Source: the human T2T-CHM13v2.0 reference genome, Homo sapiens. From it: a stretch of DNA of 64,000 nucleotides. The stretch lies in NCBI RefSeq assembly GCF_009914755.1, contig NC_060928.1; one strand, written 5' to 3'. Shown in pieces: positions 38,930 through 52,500 of the stretch. The notes under the pieces were generated by a model. That model was given only the letters and a program-made list of their open reading frames with translations. It was not told the DNA's origin and ran no database searches. The stretch's first letter is position 1. Each line of letters begins with the position of its first letter. Position numbers and translations under genes: made by a program.

Positions 38930-39560
38930 AATGACAATGGCCCCTCTTGCCAAGAAGATTGACTACTATCTTACTGAGTCTCTGTTCTAAGGCAACAAAA
39001 ACCAATGTCCCACCATGTTTCTTTAAGGAGATCAAGCAATGGCTTAGTAGAAAGTTGATAATTGTGTCTTTTCCACCTTGGAAATAACATTTCATCCTAA
39101 TTGTGTTTAGCATGTGTTTCAGTTATAAATTAGACATTACTGTTCACAGGGTTTCACCCAGTGTCACTATCAGAGGCTTTTGGAAATCTCATTTACAGAG
39201 GTGAACTCCTGATGACATGCTTAAGTCGTAGTAATCTACTTTATGGCAAATGTAATGTTGCAGTGGGTACTCTTATCATGGGTTGAACTGGTTCAAGTAC
39301 ATGCTGTAGCATCCGGTAGTTTGTTTCCTGAAAGAACATTGGGATAGCCTCTTGAAAATGAAGCAGAAGCACAAGCTTAGAGATTGTATCTGGGGAGACC
39401 GCAGCACTCTCCTTCATGACCTAGTATATCCCTTAAATGAACATAGTATAGTTCTGTGATCCCAAACAGATAGAGTAGATGGACCTGGGAATAAGAGATT
39501 GAAGTAAGAGCAACTCTGACTACAGAAAGTGAGTCAATTCAAGCGACCTACTTAAGAAAT
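38930..39560 (+). mobile_element. Ancient ERVL-class internal relic (integrase region)
   Basis: Degenerate colinear match to recalled ERVL pol 3' sequence ('aagttgataattgtgtcttttccaccttggaa', 'cactatcagaggctt', 'gatggacctgggaataagagattgaagtaag'). Confidence 0.55.
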
Positions 39561-41069
39561 TAGTTTCCATAATCTTAGTCCACGTGAATGTAAAATTCCT
39601 ACTTGTCAGAGGTTGGAGTGTTAGAAGAAGAACTGAAAGAAAGACCAGAAAGAAGAGGCCTATTCCAGACAGAGAGAATAGCAAGTGTAAAGTTGTGATG
39701 TGTCCAGAGCAATGTAAGCAGGACAGAGAATATCAATGGTTCATTGCATTATTCTCACAGGTGCAAACACACAGTGCAAAAGACAAAATTTTGACTTTCT
39801 TCCTGGCTGCTATAAAATTAATCATTTTTTTTCCTGTTTTCTTCTAAGCTCCTGTGATTATGTTCTCTGAATCAACTCTTCATCTTTGCAGTTTTTACCA
39901 ATAAGTTTTCTAAGACTCACTGTAGTCATATTATTTGCCATAAAACCAGTAACTGTATGCCATATCTAAACTCTTTAAATTACACAGAATTATATACTGT
40001 GAATCATCCACTCCTTGAAATTCTTCTTTAGTTTTGATGATAGAATGGTTTGCTTATTCTACACATTGCTCCTTCTACACAGTGAAAAGGAGCAATGTGG
40101 TTAGGAAGAAATAGCACTGGGAAGATTTATCACTCTACAACTGACCAACCTCATTGCTGTGAGTTTTGGTTCTATCACACATATTAACCATTCACTGAAT
40201 GGCTTATCTTAACCACATGCTGATCTAAGTGTGCACATTATCTTGTCTAATGTGACCTTTAACATTCCTACCAAAGTAACTATCTTTTGCCACTAAAACA
40301 TTTCTCCTCTTGTAATAGGTTTTTTAATATTTTTGAGTGAATTCATGATTATTAGCTATAGTATTCCCTGCTTTCATTTCAGCCTGAAGTCTACAGACAT
40401 AAATAACATTTATAAATCATTGATTTATTCTGATTTTTCTCTTATGTATAAAATTTTACCGTATTATTTAATTTATTAAATCCAGTCATTGCTTCTGGCC
40501 TTCATAATCTAGTATAGAATGATTTTAATATATTTAAGCAATGCTATTTTCTAGTATTCCTCAGGCACCTAAAAAAAGCTTCAGTTAGATACATTTTCAC
40601 CAAGAATAGTCCCAAGATTTTATTCATTCTTTTCAGAGTTTCTGTTTTTGATTGACAACCAATGTTTTTCCATTCCAAAAAGCCTTTTTCACTTAGTAAA
40701 AGTCACTCATTTTTCTTCTCTGAAGTATGTAATATTTAAAAATCATATTTTTTTGTAGGACTTATTTTCTTGCCATCTAATCTCTAAGTCAATATTCATA
40801 TGTATACATGTGTTTCTGCATGTATGTATTTATGTATATGCATACATGTGTGTATGCATGGGTGTATTTTCTTCTTTTGTGTCTGTCACAAACCTTAGAA
40901 ATGCTGAGTGCACAATACATACTTAGACAAAGCAAATGTTTTTGATTAATTGTTCTTCACTCTAGACCTCCCTTAGTTGAAAGTTAGAGGTAGAAATAAT
41001 TGGTTTTATATATTCATTTTTCAGGCTCACATTAGAAAATATTTATTGTGAGAGTATTTGTACTAATGA

Positions 41070-41400
41070 CCACGTGCTATGGAGTCACAAAGCCTGGTTT
41101 GGAACCCTTGTTTGTGGGTTATTAACTGTGTGACCTTAAACAAGTTGCCTTTTCTGAGTCTTCATTATCTTATCCTTATTATACAACTCATAGGGTTTAG
41201 AGGGGAATAATAATGATGATGGTGATCATCATTACCATCATCAATACTAGAAATAATGATTGCACTAACTGTGTGCCAGAAACAGTACTAAGAATATTCC
41301 AAGATAAGGAACACAGACATGAATTTTACTAAACTCAGTAATCTATAGAAGCCAAAAATTTGGAATGACATAATAAGAAATTTATAAGACTGTGCTTTTA
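41070..41400. mobile_element. Two MIR fragments in opposite orientation
   Basis: 'ctatggagtcacaaagcctggttt...aactgtgtgaccttaaacaagttg' followed by 'gcactaactgtgtgccagaaacagtactaag'. Confidence 0.6.
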
Positions 41401-42254
41401 GCTCACAATTGGTATTCCATCAGAATTCTTAGAAAATTAGTAGATCAAAAAATATGTATAATATTCAGAATCCATTCCTTATTAAGAACTAGAGCAGTGG
41501 ATCAGCAATAATATATTGGACAGTGAAACTGGGTACTCATAATGCATAATTATAATAATCTAATAAAGGATATTATGGAACTACACAATAATGATCTTAT
41601 ACTTAGAAAACTAGATAGAGGATTTTTTTCAGTGAGAATTTATAAAGTACTTTTATTTCCCAGGCTTTGAAATAATTCCTGAAAGAGTGTGCAAATTTAT
41701 TTGAAAATATTATGCTTATAAAAATTTGACTATAGGACTTTAATAACAAAGTAAGCCAATAAGAAAGCATAAAACAGTGTGCTCACAATTAATGGTTAAA
41801 TACAGAACATGCAGTAGCAATTCACTCTGAATCACTATTCAGATGCTGAGTATCTTCCTAAACTCGATATGCCTTTGGTACCCCATTTAGAGTATATTCA
41901 TTGCTTCATTACTTTTCATCCCTCAGGATGATATGGAACATGAGGGAAAAAAACAAAATTTTCCAGCGATGCCTAATGGTTGTTGATGGAAAAACATTTG
42001 AAAAATAATTTTACAGTAAGCAGCAAGTTGCTATAAATTAATATGTTGTCACAGATAATTTTGAAAATTTATAAATGTTGAGGAAGTCTGGCCTTCTAGA
42101 TATTTTAGGAGGAGTATATTGGCCAGACCTTTTTCTTAAGTGCATTGGCCAGAAATTCTAGATTTACAATATTTAAAATTGCCAGCAACGATGTACAAAT
42201 TCATGGCAACTCCAAGCATAAAAATAAAGCTATTTAATTAAGAATTTGCCTACT

Positions 42255-43340
42255 GTGTTTCATATAGTCTTAAAAATGCATATGCAAGTCCTTTACAGGG
42301 AAAACTACAAATTGCTATTGAAGAAAAGCTGTATGGTGAAGTATATACATATTGCAATGATGCCAATAATCTTCAAACTGTTTATTGATTCAGTTAAATT
42401 CAGGTCAAAATCTCAGCATACTTTTGGCAAATTGAAGTGATTATATTATGGAATGGTGAAGAGTCAAGGTTAATCAAGAAAAATTTAGAAGAAAATGAAT
42501 GTGAAGTTCTCAAATTATTATTTATTTGATGTAATTATAAAACTATAGTAACTTAGTCAATGTTGCATCAGCCATAACATTGAAAACCCAAAAATAAACC
42601 CCTCACCATTTTAAGTAAGATCTAAAAATAGAGACATACATCGTTCATTATTTATAACTATCTAAGTAGTTAAACATCAATATCAATATAATTTTAGGCA
42701 TGTTAAAGAAGGTGTAAAATGTCTGCCAAGGACAAGAACAGTGAATCAGAATTAAAATATTGAACAGTGAAACCAAATACTCTGGTTGTATGAGTCCAAT
42801 AGTCTAGTATTGGTCTTTATAGAATGTTAGAAAAAAAGTCTTATTGTTCAAACAAACTTGCACCTCAATATTTTTAATGGTACTGCTTAGAATAGCCCAA
42901 ATGTCCATCAACAGATAAGCAAATAAACAAAATATGGTATAGATACATAGTGACTTATTCGCACAATGAGCTATTATTAAGCAATAAAAAATAAAATACG
43001 GATGCATGATACAACATGAATGCGTTTTGAAAACATGTTAAAGTGAAAGAAGTATCACAAAAGAATATATACCATATGATTCCTTTCATATTAAAGATCA
43101 GACTAGGGAAATTCATAGAGATAGACAATAAATTAGTGGTTGATTGTGACTGGTAGTGAATGAGGGTGAAATATGGGATTGATAAGTGAAGAATACTTGG
43201 TGGTTTAATTTAGGTAATTTAACTGCTTAAACTGACAAGACCATTGTGTGTGTGAACATGCTAAAAACCAATGAATTGTAGAATTTAAATAAATGAATTT
43301 ATGGTGTTTGAAATATATTTCAGTAAAGCTGCTTTAAATT
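42255..43340 (+). mobile_element. Old L1M ORF2/3'UTR fragments
   Basis: 'MQVLYRENYKLLLK' L1-like peptide; 3'UTR 'caaatgtccatcaacagataag...cagtaaagctg'. Confidence 0.7.
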
Positions 43341-43990
43341 GGCAGATGTTATTCACATAGAAAAACTGCATACATATTGCTACTAAAAATAGACTATTCA
43401 TGCCATATATGCATATTTAATAAAAGTATATCAAATTTATATTATTCCTCAAAATATAAAATTTCAGAAAAGAAAAAAGCCATTAGAATTCATAATAGAA
43501 CAAATAATTACTTCCATTGTGGCCTTTGATTAATTGGTAGATTTTAACAAGTAGATTTTGACATAGTATATTTTTCTTTTATTCATTCTACAATGGTAAA
43601 ACGAAAGGTAGAGATTATTTCTATCTTGGGAAAAGATTAATAAGTAGTCAATTACAATCAAAGCATTGTATTTTTAAATGGAAGAAGTGAGTAATAAAAG
43701 GAAAGATAAGGACATTAACATTACAACAGCAAATCTTGAACATAAAATTTGGTTATTATAACTGAAATTTCAGGCAATTACAAACTCTTTCTGATTTTTT
43801 TGTTTGTGAAAACTAACAACAAATACTCTTGGTTCAGGACATTATTAAAGTTCCACCTAAATAACCCATGTTTCTTTTCTGCATTAAAGTTTGTAATCTT
43901 GATAACAATCACAATAACAATAATAATTTAAATATTGATATTTTATAAGTGAAAAATAAATTTACTAATTTTTTAGGATATACTAGTTAG

Positions 43991-44392
<402 letters not shown>

Positions 44393-46220
44393 TAAGGTTG
44401 GAGCTATATATGCAGATGTGATGCTTAAAACCTTGAATTCACTAAAATACCTAAACATTTCCTAGAAAATAATGAAAATAAATAAAAAAACAGCACCTTG
44501 TCTATTTCTTAGAGTTGTTGAGCAGAAGAGTCTGTATAGGTGACAGAAAGAGGACTTTAAAAAAATGTATAAAATGAATTTGAAGAGTGTGATAATATGT
44601 AAAGAAACTTATAATCAAGAGACATAAAAATAAAAAGTAGTCAAAAATTGAGAAGATATTTTAGCCTTTATGTCCTTACCCTTAGAGTAAGATATCTTTC
44701 ATTATACCTATCTATGCTTCTCTATTTACCTATGTATATATACACATTCATATGCTTTTTCAGTTGTATCATGTAAGTTCATATGGTCTTTCTGAAATAA
44801 AAAGCCAAAACCAAACAGTAGAACATAATAATTGACTTTATGCTGTTTTTCTCTGAATGACAATATACAGACATGACAAAATGTTGACTCATTTGTACCA
44901 CAAATATGAGCAGAAATATAACAAATAATTTACATGTTAAACAATAAAGAGAAAAACTAATGGAATATACCTAATTATTTACAAATTTTAAAATAGCTAA
45001 AGTGTTTCATTTGTTCCACAACATTATTATAGTTCTTTTTAATTTTCACAATTATAGTGTGTTGTATTTTATTTTTAATTTGCATTTTTCTGATGATAAT
45101 AATAATTACATTCCCATGTGCTTTTTGATCATTTATGTGTATGTGAAGTGTATGTATGAAGTGTGGAAATATTCTATGTGTATGAGAACTGTGCAAATAT
45201 TTCATTCCTATTTAAAATCATGTTATTTTTCTTATGATTGACATGCAATAGTATAGGAAGGATAGATAGCAGAAGGATATGAGGAAGCTTTTAAGAAGAT
45301 AGAAATGTTGTATAATTTCAATTGAATGCTTTATAAACAGTTTATCCTATGTAAATTATATATTAACAAATTTGGTAAAATACAAAAATTAGGTAAAACT
45401 TTAATCATTAAAATTGCAGCATTTAGGGCAATTGATACAGAAATAAAATATCTTTATAATAGTAACTAACATCTCATTTTAACCTGAACAAGACAATTAT
45501 TTTAATACATAGTGAATGGAAAAAGAAAATAAGGCATCTATATTGTTGAGCAACTTTTTGAGTCTGACTTATAATCAATGGAATTGGTTATTATATCCGA
45601 TTATTCAACTAAATAACTTAATGCACTTTTGTTTTTACTCTTCCCTTTAGTTTTGTCTATGGTATGAATAGGAAGTATCTTTGATTATTTGAACTCCCTT
45701 ATTAAATTTAGAACAGTATTGAGAACTGGTATTCTAATATCTTGTTCATGAATCAGACCCATAAACAGGAATTTATATTTGAAAAGAGAATAGAGCAATA
45801 TCTAACAGATCAAGATATTTTAGTAGTGTGCTTTATGAATATATTATTTGATATCACTCAATTCCGCTCATAAATTCTTTGTCTACTTCTTCTTATCATC
45901 TTTATGACTTTAGATTGTTTACATTCTCTCAGTTTCAGGTGTTTTTATCTGATAAATGGGATCAAACATTTATATTAATGCAACCGTTGTGAAGGTTGAC
46001 ATCAGTTCAATGATTTAAAATTTATTACATGTCTCTGTATCTAGGAAATACTCCATAAACTGGAATTTTTAACGTAATATGTTAGCATTTTGTTTGCATT
46101 AAATTCAGAACAAAACAAAAATATGGCAAACATCCAGCTAGCACCCAGGAATCTACCACCACCAACAAACATTGCAAGTTTAGAAAAGTAAGGTGAATCT
46201 TGCTTTGAAAAGAAGTTTAC

Positions 46221-46283
46221 CTTTCATCAAAAATCTTCAACGCCTTTTCTGCTTTCTTAAAACTGAGGTACATCCACGACCAA
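46221..46283 (-). other. Candidate 63-nt exon
   Basis: Minus strand: cttaac..catttcAG | exon | AAG/GTAAAC; one open frame WSWMYLSFKKAEKALKIFDE; two CpGs; no homolog recognised. Confidence 0.35.
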
Positions 46284-47614
46284 CTGAAATGTAGATGTTA
46301 AGAAATAAGCTTGAAAATTTTTACTTTATAGTAAAAAAATAATGTTAAAGGCAGAGGTTAGTAAGATTTTTATGAAACTATAAAGGATATTAAAATATTT
46401 TAAAATATTTGAGAGGCGTATAGGAAAGTGTATTCTAAACATTTACATGTGCACATGTGCAAACCTCCTGTAATTTATAATGTGGAAGAATAATGTGACA
46501 GTTTCAAGAAGCTTCCAAAACCAATTTAAATATTTATCTGAAATGAATCTAAATACCTCTTGAGATTAGCCTAATTCAGATTCTATTGTGTTATGGATAA
46601 AAATGAAGACACTATAAACTTGGCTTATAAGTAATATAATAATCAACTATAACCTTTGGTTTTCTATGTTATAGTAATAAAGATGTGTTGAATTTAGAAT
46701 TTTCTAGAACAGAGAGAAAGATTGAGGAGGTGATAGTTTCCTTAGGTTAGAAATCACTATGTTTTTGCTGTAGAAATTGTTCTCAGGTTCTTTGTAGTTA
46801 GAATGTATGTAGTTCCTGTCATTTATCTACTCCTTTATTAACATCCATTTTTATTGAGGCAAAATAAAATAATTCTTTCTGAGATAAAACAATGAGAAAA
46901 TTAGACTGTTTTCATTTTGGCTACTTCTGTAGGCCTTCGTTTTGCAAACAGTGACTAAGTAACTAATTGGGCACACATTATTTTCATTGCATAGAATAGC
47001 TATAATTTTATTTAGAAATGAAGTAGATTTTGTATCTTATTATAGCATATTCACCTGGTTTTTCAGTTTCAATTTTTTGTATTTGTGCCCCAAAGATAAA
47101 TGTGCTATGGTTTTATAGCAGACACACATCAGTTACCACCCCAAAATATAAATATGTATGTCATATACATGTGTGTGGATAAAATTTAGTAACAGCGTTA
47201 CTCATGTGGCATGTTAACTCATTATTAAGTATGACTTCTTTTACTAAATTTGCTCTTTTTTGCCTGATTTAGCAGAATAGTTTTGTTTTTTAAATCTCAT
47301 ATGCACTTTCATTGCCTAAATTGTATTTATTCAATATATTTTTTCCCTTTTCTGTTTTATAAAGAAGTGCTCAGATACACATATTTTCAAAACATTCTTT
47401 GTACCAATAGGGTAAAATATTTACTACTTGATATTTCTGGCAGTTTTATAAAAAAGTTAAAAATTGGTATATTTTTTGTACTGAATGATTCATCAGATAA
47501 ATGTTTCCTTTTATGATTCCCAACTAAACCAAACTCCAAGGAGTTTTATTATTTGGAAATTTAAGACTAAGGAATCTTTAGAGGTAACTATCAAAAGAGA
47601 AAACTTTTTAAAAA

Positions 47615-47885
47615 ATAACATTATTAATGCAAAATATGTTTGAATGTTTACTAATTGCCAGGAACTGTTTAAGCAATTTATGTGTATATCTTATTTAAAT
47701 TCTAAGGCAACTTTACCACCTTATCACAAAGTAAGCTTAACAAATTAAATTTAAACAGAGAAAGAGACACAGAGAGTAAGAGGTGGTAAGAGATTTATTT
47801 AAATTTCCCAATGTTACACAGCTACGAATATGGCAGAACAAGAACTCAAAATCACACATTTTGATACCGGAGCTTGAGCTCCCAT
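47615..47885 (-). mobile_element. MIR
   Basis: 'tgtttgaatgtttactaattgccaggaactgtttaagc...cccaatgttacacagctacgaatatggcagaacaagaactcaaa'. Confidence 0.65.
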
Positions 47886-48511
47886 TATTGAATTTACCTA
47901 CTGCTCAAGATAAAAGCAAATGAAAAGGAATGATATATTATTGATAATACTAATGAAGCTTGGAAATTTTTTGCCCTTAATCTGACATTGGATCTATCTT
48001 TAAAGTTAGAAAACTAACTAAAATGGCCTAAGTTTCATGATGGAAATGTAAAACACATATCAGAAACATACTTTACTGGGAGAGAATATATGCTGTTTTC
48101 TCTTGTTATGAGAAACATCCACTTGATAATCTGTAAGCTTCCATTTTTAAGAAGCTCAGAAATGCATATAAATTTGTAAAATGAGCATAAACTGTTAGAA
48201 TTATTACTGCTGTGTTATATCTGAACTCAAAAATAAGTATTCCTGGTCAGTGCCCCATACAACCTCAAAATGTACGTATTGTCTTTATCATTTTAATCGA
48301 CTCTTCCAATGCTATTTTTCTGCCTTTAGAAATAGAATAAAGGAATGCACTTATTAATAAAGGGATTTTAAAGTTGAGTCTTTTGGTGCCACCTTCTGGC
48401 ATAAATTATTGCATAAAGTATTTTAAATTATAAAAATGTCTAATGGTTAAATAAGTTAAATTAGATGGTTTTATGTCTAAGAAAAGACATTTCTACTTTA
48501 AGGTAATTTAC

Positions 48512-48609
48512 TTGCACTGAAGTCAGTATAGAGAAGGAAGATTTGAAACTGATTTGAACCATACAAAGACAATTATTCAAAAACCAGTATAATTTTTCGT
48601 ATGTAATAA
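48512..48609 (-). other. Candidate 98-nt exon
   Basis: Minus strand: strong acceptor ttcttcttttttcttttttctatttacAG, donor CAA/GTAAAT; one open frame ITYEKLYWFLNNCLCMVQISFKSSFSILTSVQ. Confidence 0.3.
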
Positions 48610-50160
48610 CTGTAAATAGAAAAAAGAAAAAAGAAGAAACCTATAGGAAATGGTAGTAACATTAAACAAACTTTATTAATCTATTAATTTTATTAACTAG
48701 ATATTGGCAGGAACGTTAACAGTTTTTTTTTTTTCCTGAGCAACTAAATACAGGACTCAATACCTTTAATTGTTATTTGAACGAATTGCATTTGATTCAT
48801 GACTTTAGTTTTTACAAACTACTTCATACTCAGGTTATTTTGTTTCATTAGTATTTTATTTATTGCAAAGTTTAATATTGTGCTATTGTATTTACCACAC
48901 ATTGTGCTGATAAAAATAGAAAAACAGTTTCTAGAAGTAAAGGTGAGGTAAGAAAATTCTATATAATCATGATGACCTATTTTTTCAGTAATCCATTAAA
49001 TATTGAAATATTTATTAACCTGTCAATCAAGCTCTAAGTTCACTGAGATTATATTTCAAAATTATTTAAAGTCTCCCTTTTTTCCTTCAGAAGAAGCAAA
49101 GTGTATAAATACATACACACACGTATATGAGTGAAACCTCTCAACTATATACATGCATATGTTCCTGACCTAATAAACCACGTTTTGCCAGAGTTGCCAG
49201 GGGTGATTTGAAAGTTGCTGAAATGTTAATTTGGTTGATACCGATTGAACAGAACTTAAATGTAGACTATGTTCTATTCCACTTTAAAGCAAGTAAAAAA
49301 AGCAAATTTTTGTGAATTACTTTGAAATTTAGTTTTCATGAACTCAACATACCCTGAAAATGAATTTTGACATACTACCTGAAAATGAATTTGACATATC
49401 ACAATCACACAGTTTTTTTCAAAAATAAGCTATTTAAGTAAGGAAACACCTTATTATATTATTAGACTTTACCCTGACTTAACTTCTCTTAATTACTTAA
49501 TTATATAAAACACTATCCAACTCTTTTGAATAATTTATGTAACAATATGCTACAAACATAAATGAATGGACATTTTAAAAAAGCATTTCACCAAGAGATT
49601 TCTGGAATTAACTTATTGTGTGACCTTGAGAAGTCCTTTAACTATTTTGAGGCTTTGTTTCTTCATCTATGAAATGAGAGGATTGGAGTCAATAACCCTT
49701 TCAATCTGATCAGCTCCTGATATTCTTTGAGCATATACTTCTGCTAGCTAGGGAAATATGAACGTAATGGGACACTGTATTGTATTAATTTCTTTGTTCT
49801 GGTGGCTGGAGGAGAATCTCAGGAAAAACACATAAGTAGAATGAACAAACTTTTTTTGTATTGTTTGGGCCTCATTTGTCTTAAGGTATATTAATGGACT
49901 TTATGTTTCAGAGTCTCAAAGAAGTTAATGGCACCCCTGAAGATTATCCTCAACCAAGCTTGTATATAGTAAAAGCCATTGGCTCATTGACAATAATTCA
50001 TCAAAGTATAGAGGAGGAAAAGATGTATTGAGAAGTACTGATGCTTTGAGTTTAATGAAGTTCCCCAAGATGCAGAGAGATGAGATTTGAGAGTGCGGAT
50101 GGGTTTCCTGATTGGCAGGGACCTGTTCAGTTGCAGTACCTGTGGTAGGTTAGTAAAATT

Positions 50161-50180
50161 TGTGTGTGTGTGTGTGTGTG
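50161..50180. repeat. (TG)10 microsatellite
   Basis: Directly visible. Confidence 0.95.
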
Positions 50181-50624
50181 TATACACTTGCACACAGGCA
50201 TGCTTGCATGTTGGAAGAGGAGGAAGAGATTGAAATGCCACTAATGAGAATCTAGAGAAAGTAAAAATACTCCTGCTGAATGCTGATACAGAAGAGTAGA
50301 GCTGTTTATCTTTCAGTGCTTATGCAGACCATGGTCATTTGGGAGTACCAAAAGTAGCAACCATAAGTTCGCTATAGAAAAAAACAGAAGCCATGTCTTT
50401 GTTGTTAGCCTTCTACCTGAAGGGAAGATATTTTAATAAAGGCTTATTTTTTGAATTCCTTTACACTAGGTATTGGGGGCTCAGAATCAGATTTAAATTC
50501 AAGAAATCCCACACTTGTCCGTGAAATGTTTAGGTAAACGGGGCTTTGGACAGTGCTTCACATTGAACAGTGTTTTGTAGAACAATGACAATTTCTTTTA
50601 TTCCTCTAACGGTAGGTTGATTTA

Positions 50625-51655
50625 ATTATATCTGACTTCTGTCAAGATATTTTCTTTTCTGGTTTTCTGCAGTTTAAATATGATACACCTAGATGTAGAG
50701 GGTTTGGCATTAATTCTACTTTGTGTCCTCTGAGCTTCCTGGATCTGTAGTTTGATGTCTATAATTAATTGTTGATAATTATCATTATTATTCAAATAGA
50801 TTTTTTGCTTCTTTTCCTTTCTGCTGCTGGTAATCTAATTATACATATGTTACACATTCATAATTGTTCTGTCTTCGATATTGTATTCTTTTTTTTCTTT
50901 CATTTCAGTTTGGGAAATAGAAACAGTTAAGTTTCTATTGACATGGCTTTTCTTGGCCATATTATGTCAACTGGTAAGTACATCAAAGGCATTCTTAGGT
51001 CCTGCTTCAGTGTTTGTGATTTCCAGCATTTGCTTTTGATTCTATCTTGGAGATTCCATCTTTCTGCTTATATTATCTATCTATTCTGGCATATTAATTG
51101 ACTTTTCCATTTAGGCTTTTGATAGGAGTCAGGTTTTTTTTTTACCTATCTTGTCTGTTAATTATAATATCTGTGTCATATATGAGGTTAGTTATGATTA
51201 GTTCTTTGTCTTTTCAGAGGGTTTTTTTTTTTTTGCCTTTTGGCATTTAATAAAATGTTTTTTGAACACCAGACATGGCAAATGAGCAAATGGAAGCAGG
51301 GTAAATAGGTCTTTGTTATGAGAATTCATGTTAATCTGGATAGGATTTGTTCTGTAATAAATGTTTATTTTGGTTATAGGTATCGGAGGCTTCAACATCC
51401 TTCAGAATCCTTGTTTATGCCTTCACTCTTGACTTTTGGATTCCTTATATACACTTATAAAAGGTGGACTGTGTCTTGCAGCTATTTCAACTATAATCCA
51501 CTGTTATTATAGAGGCAGCATTCTATAATTTTATGATTAAATCTGCGTCTGTTAGGGGGCCAGTTTCCCTGGGTTGTAACCTGCACAAGTGTTCCCTAGC
51601 CTTTTTTTTTTTTTCTGTAGGTGAGACAGAAAACGTAGAGAGTGCTGGAGTGTAT
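50625..51655 (-). mobile_element. Old L1M 5'UTR/ORF1 fragment
   Basis: 'gcagtttaaatatgatacacctag...ctgagcttcctggatctgtagtttgatgtct' typical of antisense L1M ORF1. Confidence 0.7.
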
Positions 51656-51779
51656 TCCTGATGGGATAAAGCTATAGAATAATTTCAGAAGGTACCATGA
51701 ACTTAGGTAAATGTATGCCTGCGGTTGTAAAATATGATAGCTTTGGATCATCCTGAGGTTTTTATATCCACAGATTAAT

Positions 51780-52374
51780 ACCTTGTTTGCCATATATGGA
51801 TCTGTAGTCATACTTATATTCATAACTGTACCTAAATATCCATGCATATATCCACATAGACACATATAAATAATGAATGCCATTGTTCGTAATTTTTAAT
51901 TTTACTTGAGATTATAAGAGCTTGGTTTTGAATTCTCTGTTATGGCTGATCAAAATTGTCTAAGTTCAGTAGTTTTGGAATTAGACTAGAGATGTAATAA
52001 TTTGTGCAGATACATTGAACAAGATAGAATTGTAACAATCAATTTGAAAATAATTGGCATCTTTGCAATATTGACCTCCAATCATGAGAATGGAATATTT
52101 TTCATTTATATAGCTTTTCTTCAGTAGTGATTTGTAGTTTTCTATGTAAAGGACTTGCATGTATAGTATGTTTGAGACTATTTTAAATAATGTCATGTCT
52201 AAAGTAGATTTTGTCTATTTTATTTTTATTCAACAAAATAATTTTTACATTTATTTTTATAACGAAGTGGTATGCTATATGATTACCAATTTTCCTGTTA
52301 CATATTTTATGGTAAATTTAATGTAAAATTTTCATGTTATTGACTTAGAATATGCCCCTGAACATTGGATACCC

Positions 52375-52421
<47 letters not shown>

Positions 52422-52500
52422 AACGTAATTCTTTCTCGTTCTACTAATATCCTGAACGTTATATATATTTTTATTGATCAGTCATATTCTATAAACTATA
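51780..52500 (-). repeat. Inverted paralogous copy of ~41430-42740 (contains an L1M relic)
   Basis: Several colinear blocks, e.g. reverse complement aacttagacaattttgatcagccataaca vs aacttagtcaatgttgcatcagccataaca at ~42550. Confidence 0.7.
52375..52420. repeat. (TAGA)11 microsatellite
   Basis: Directly visible perfect array. Confidence 0.97.

Noticed and set aside
41214-41243. 10-bp stem tgatgatggt / accatcatca
   Set aside because: Low-complexity (ATG)n/(CAT)n sequence between two opposed MIR fragments
46445-46458. 14-bp palindrome acatgtgcacatgt
   Set aside because: Alternating purine-pyrimidine low complexity; expected by chance
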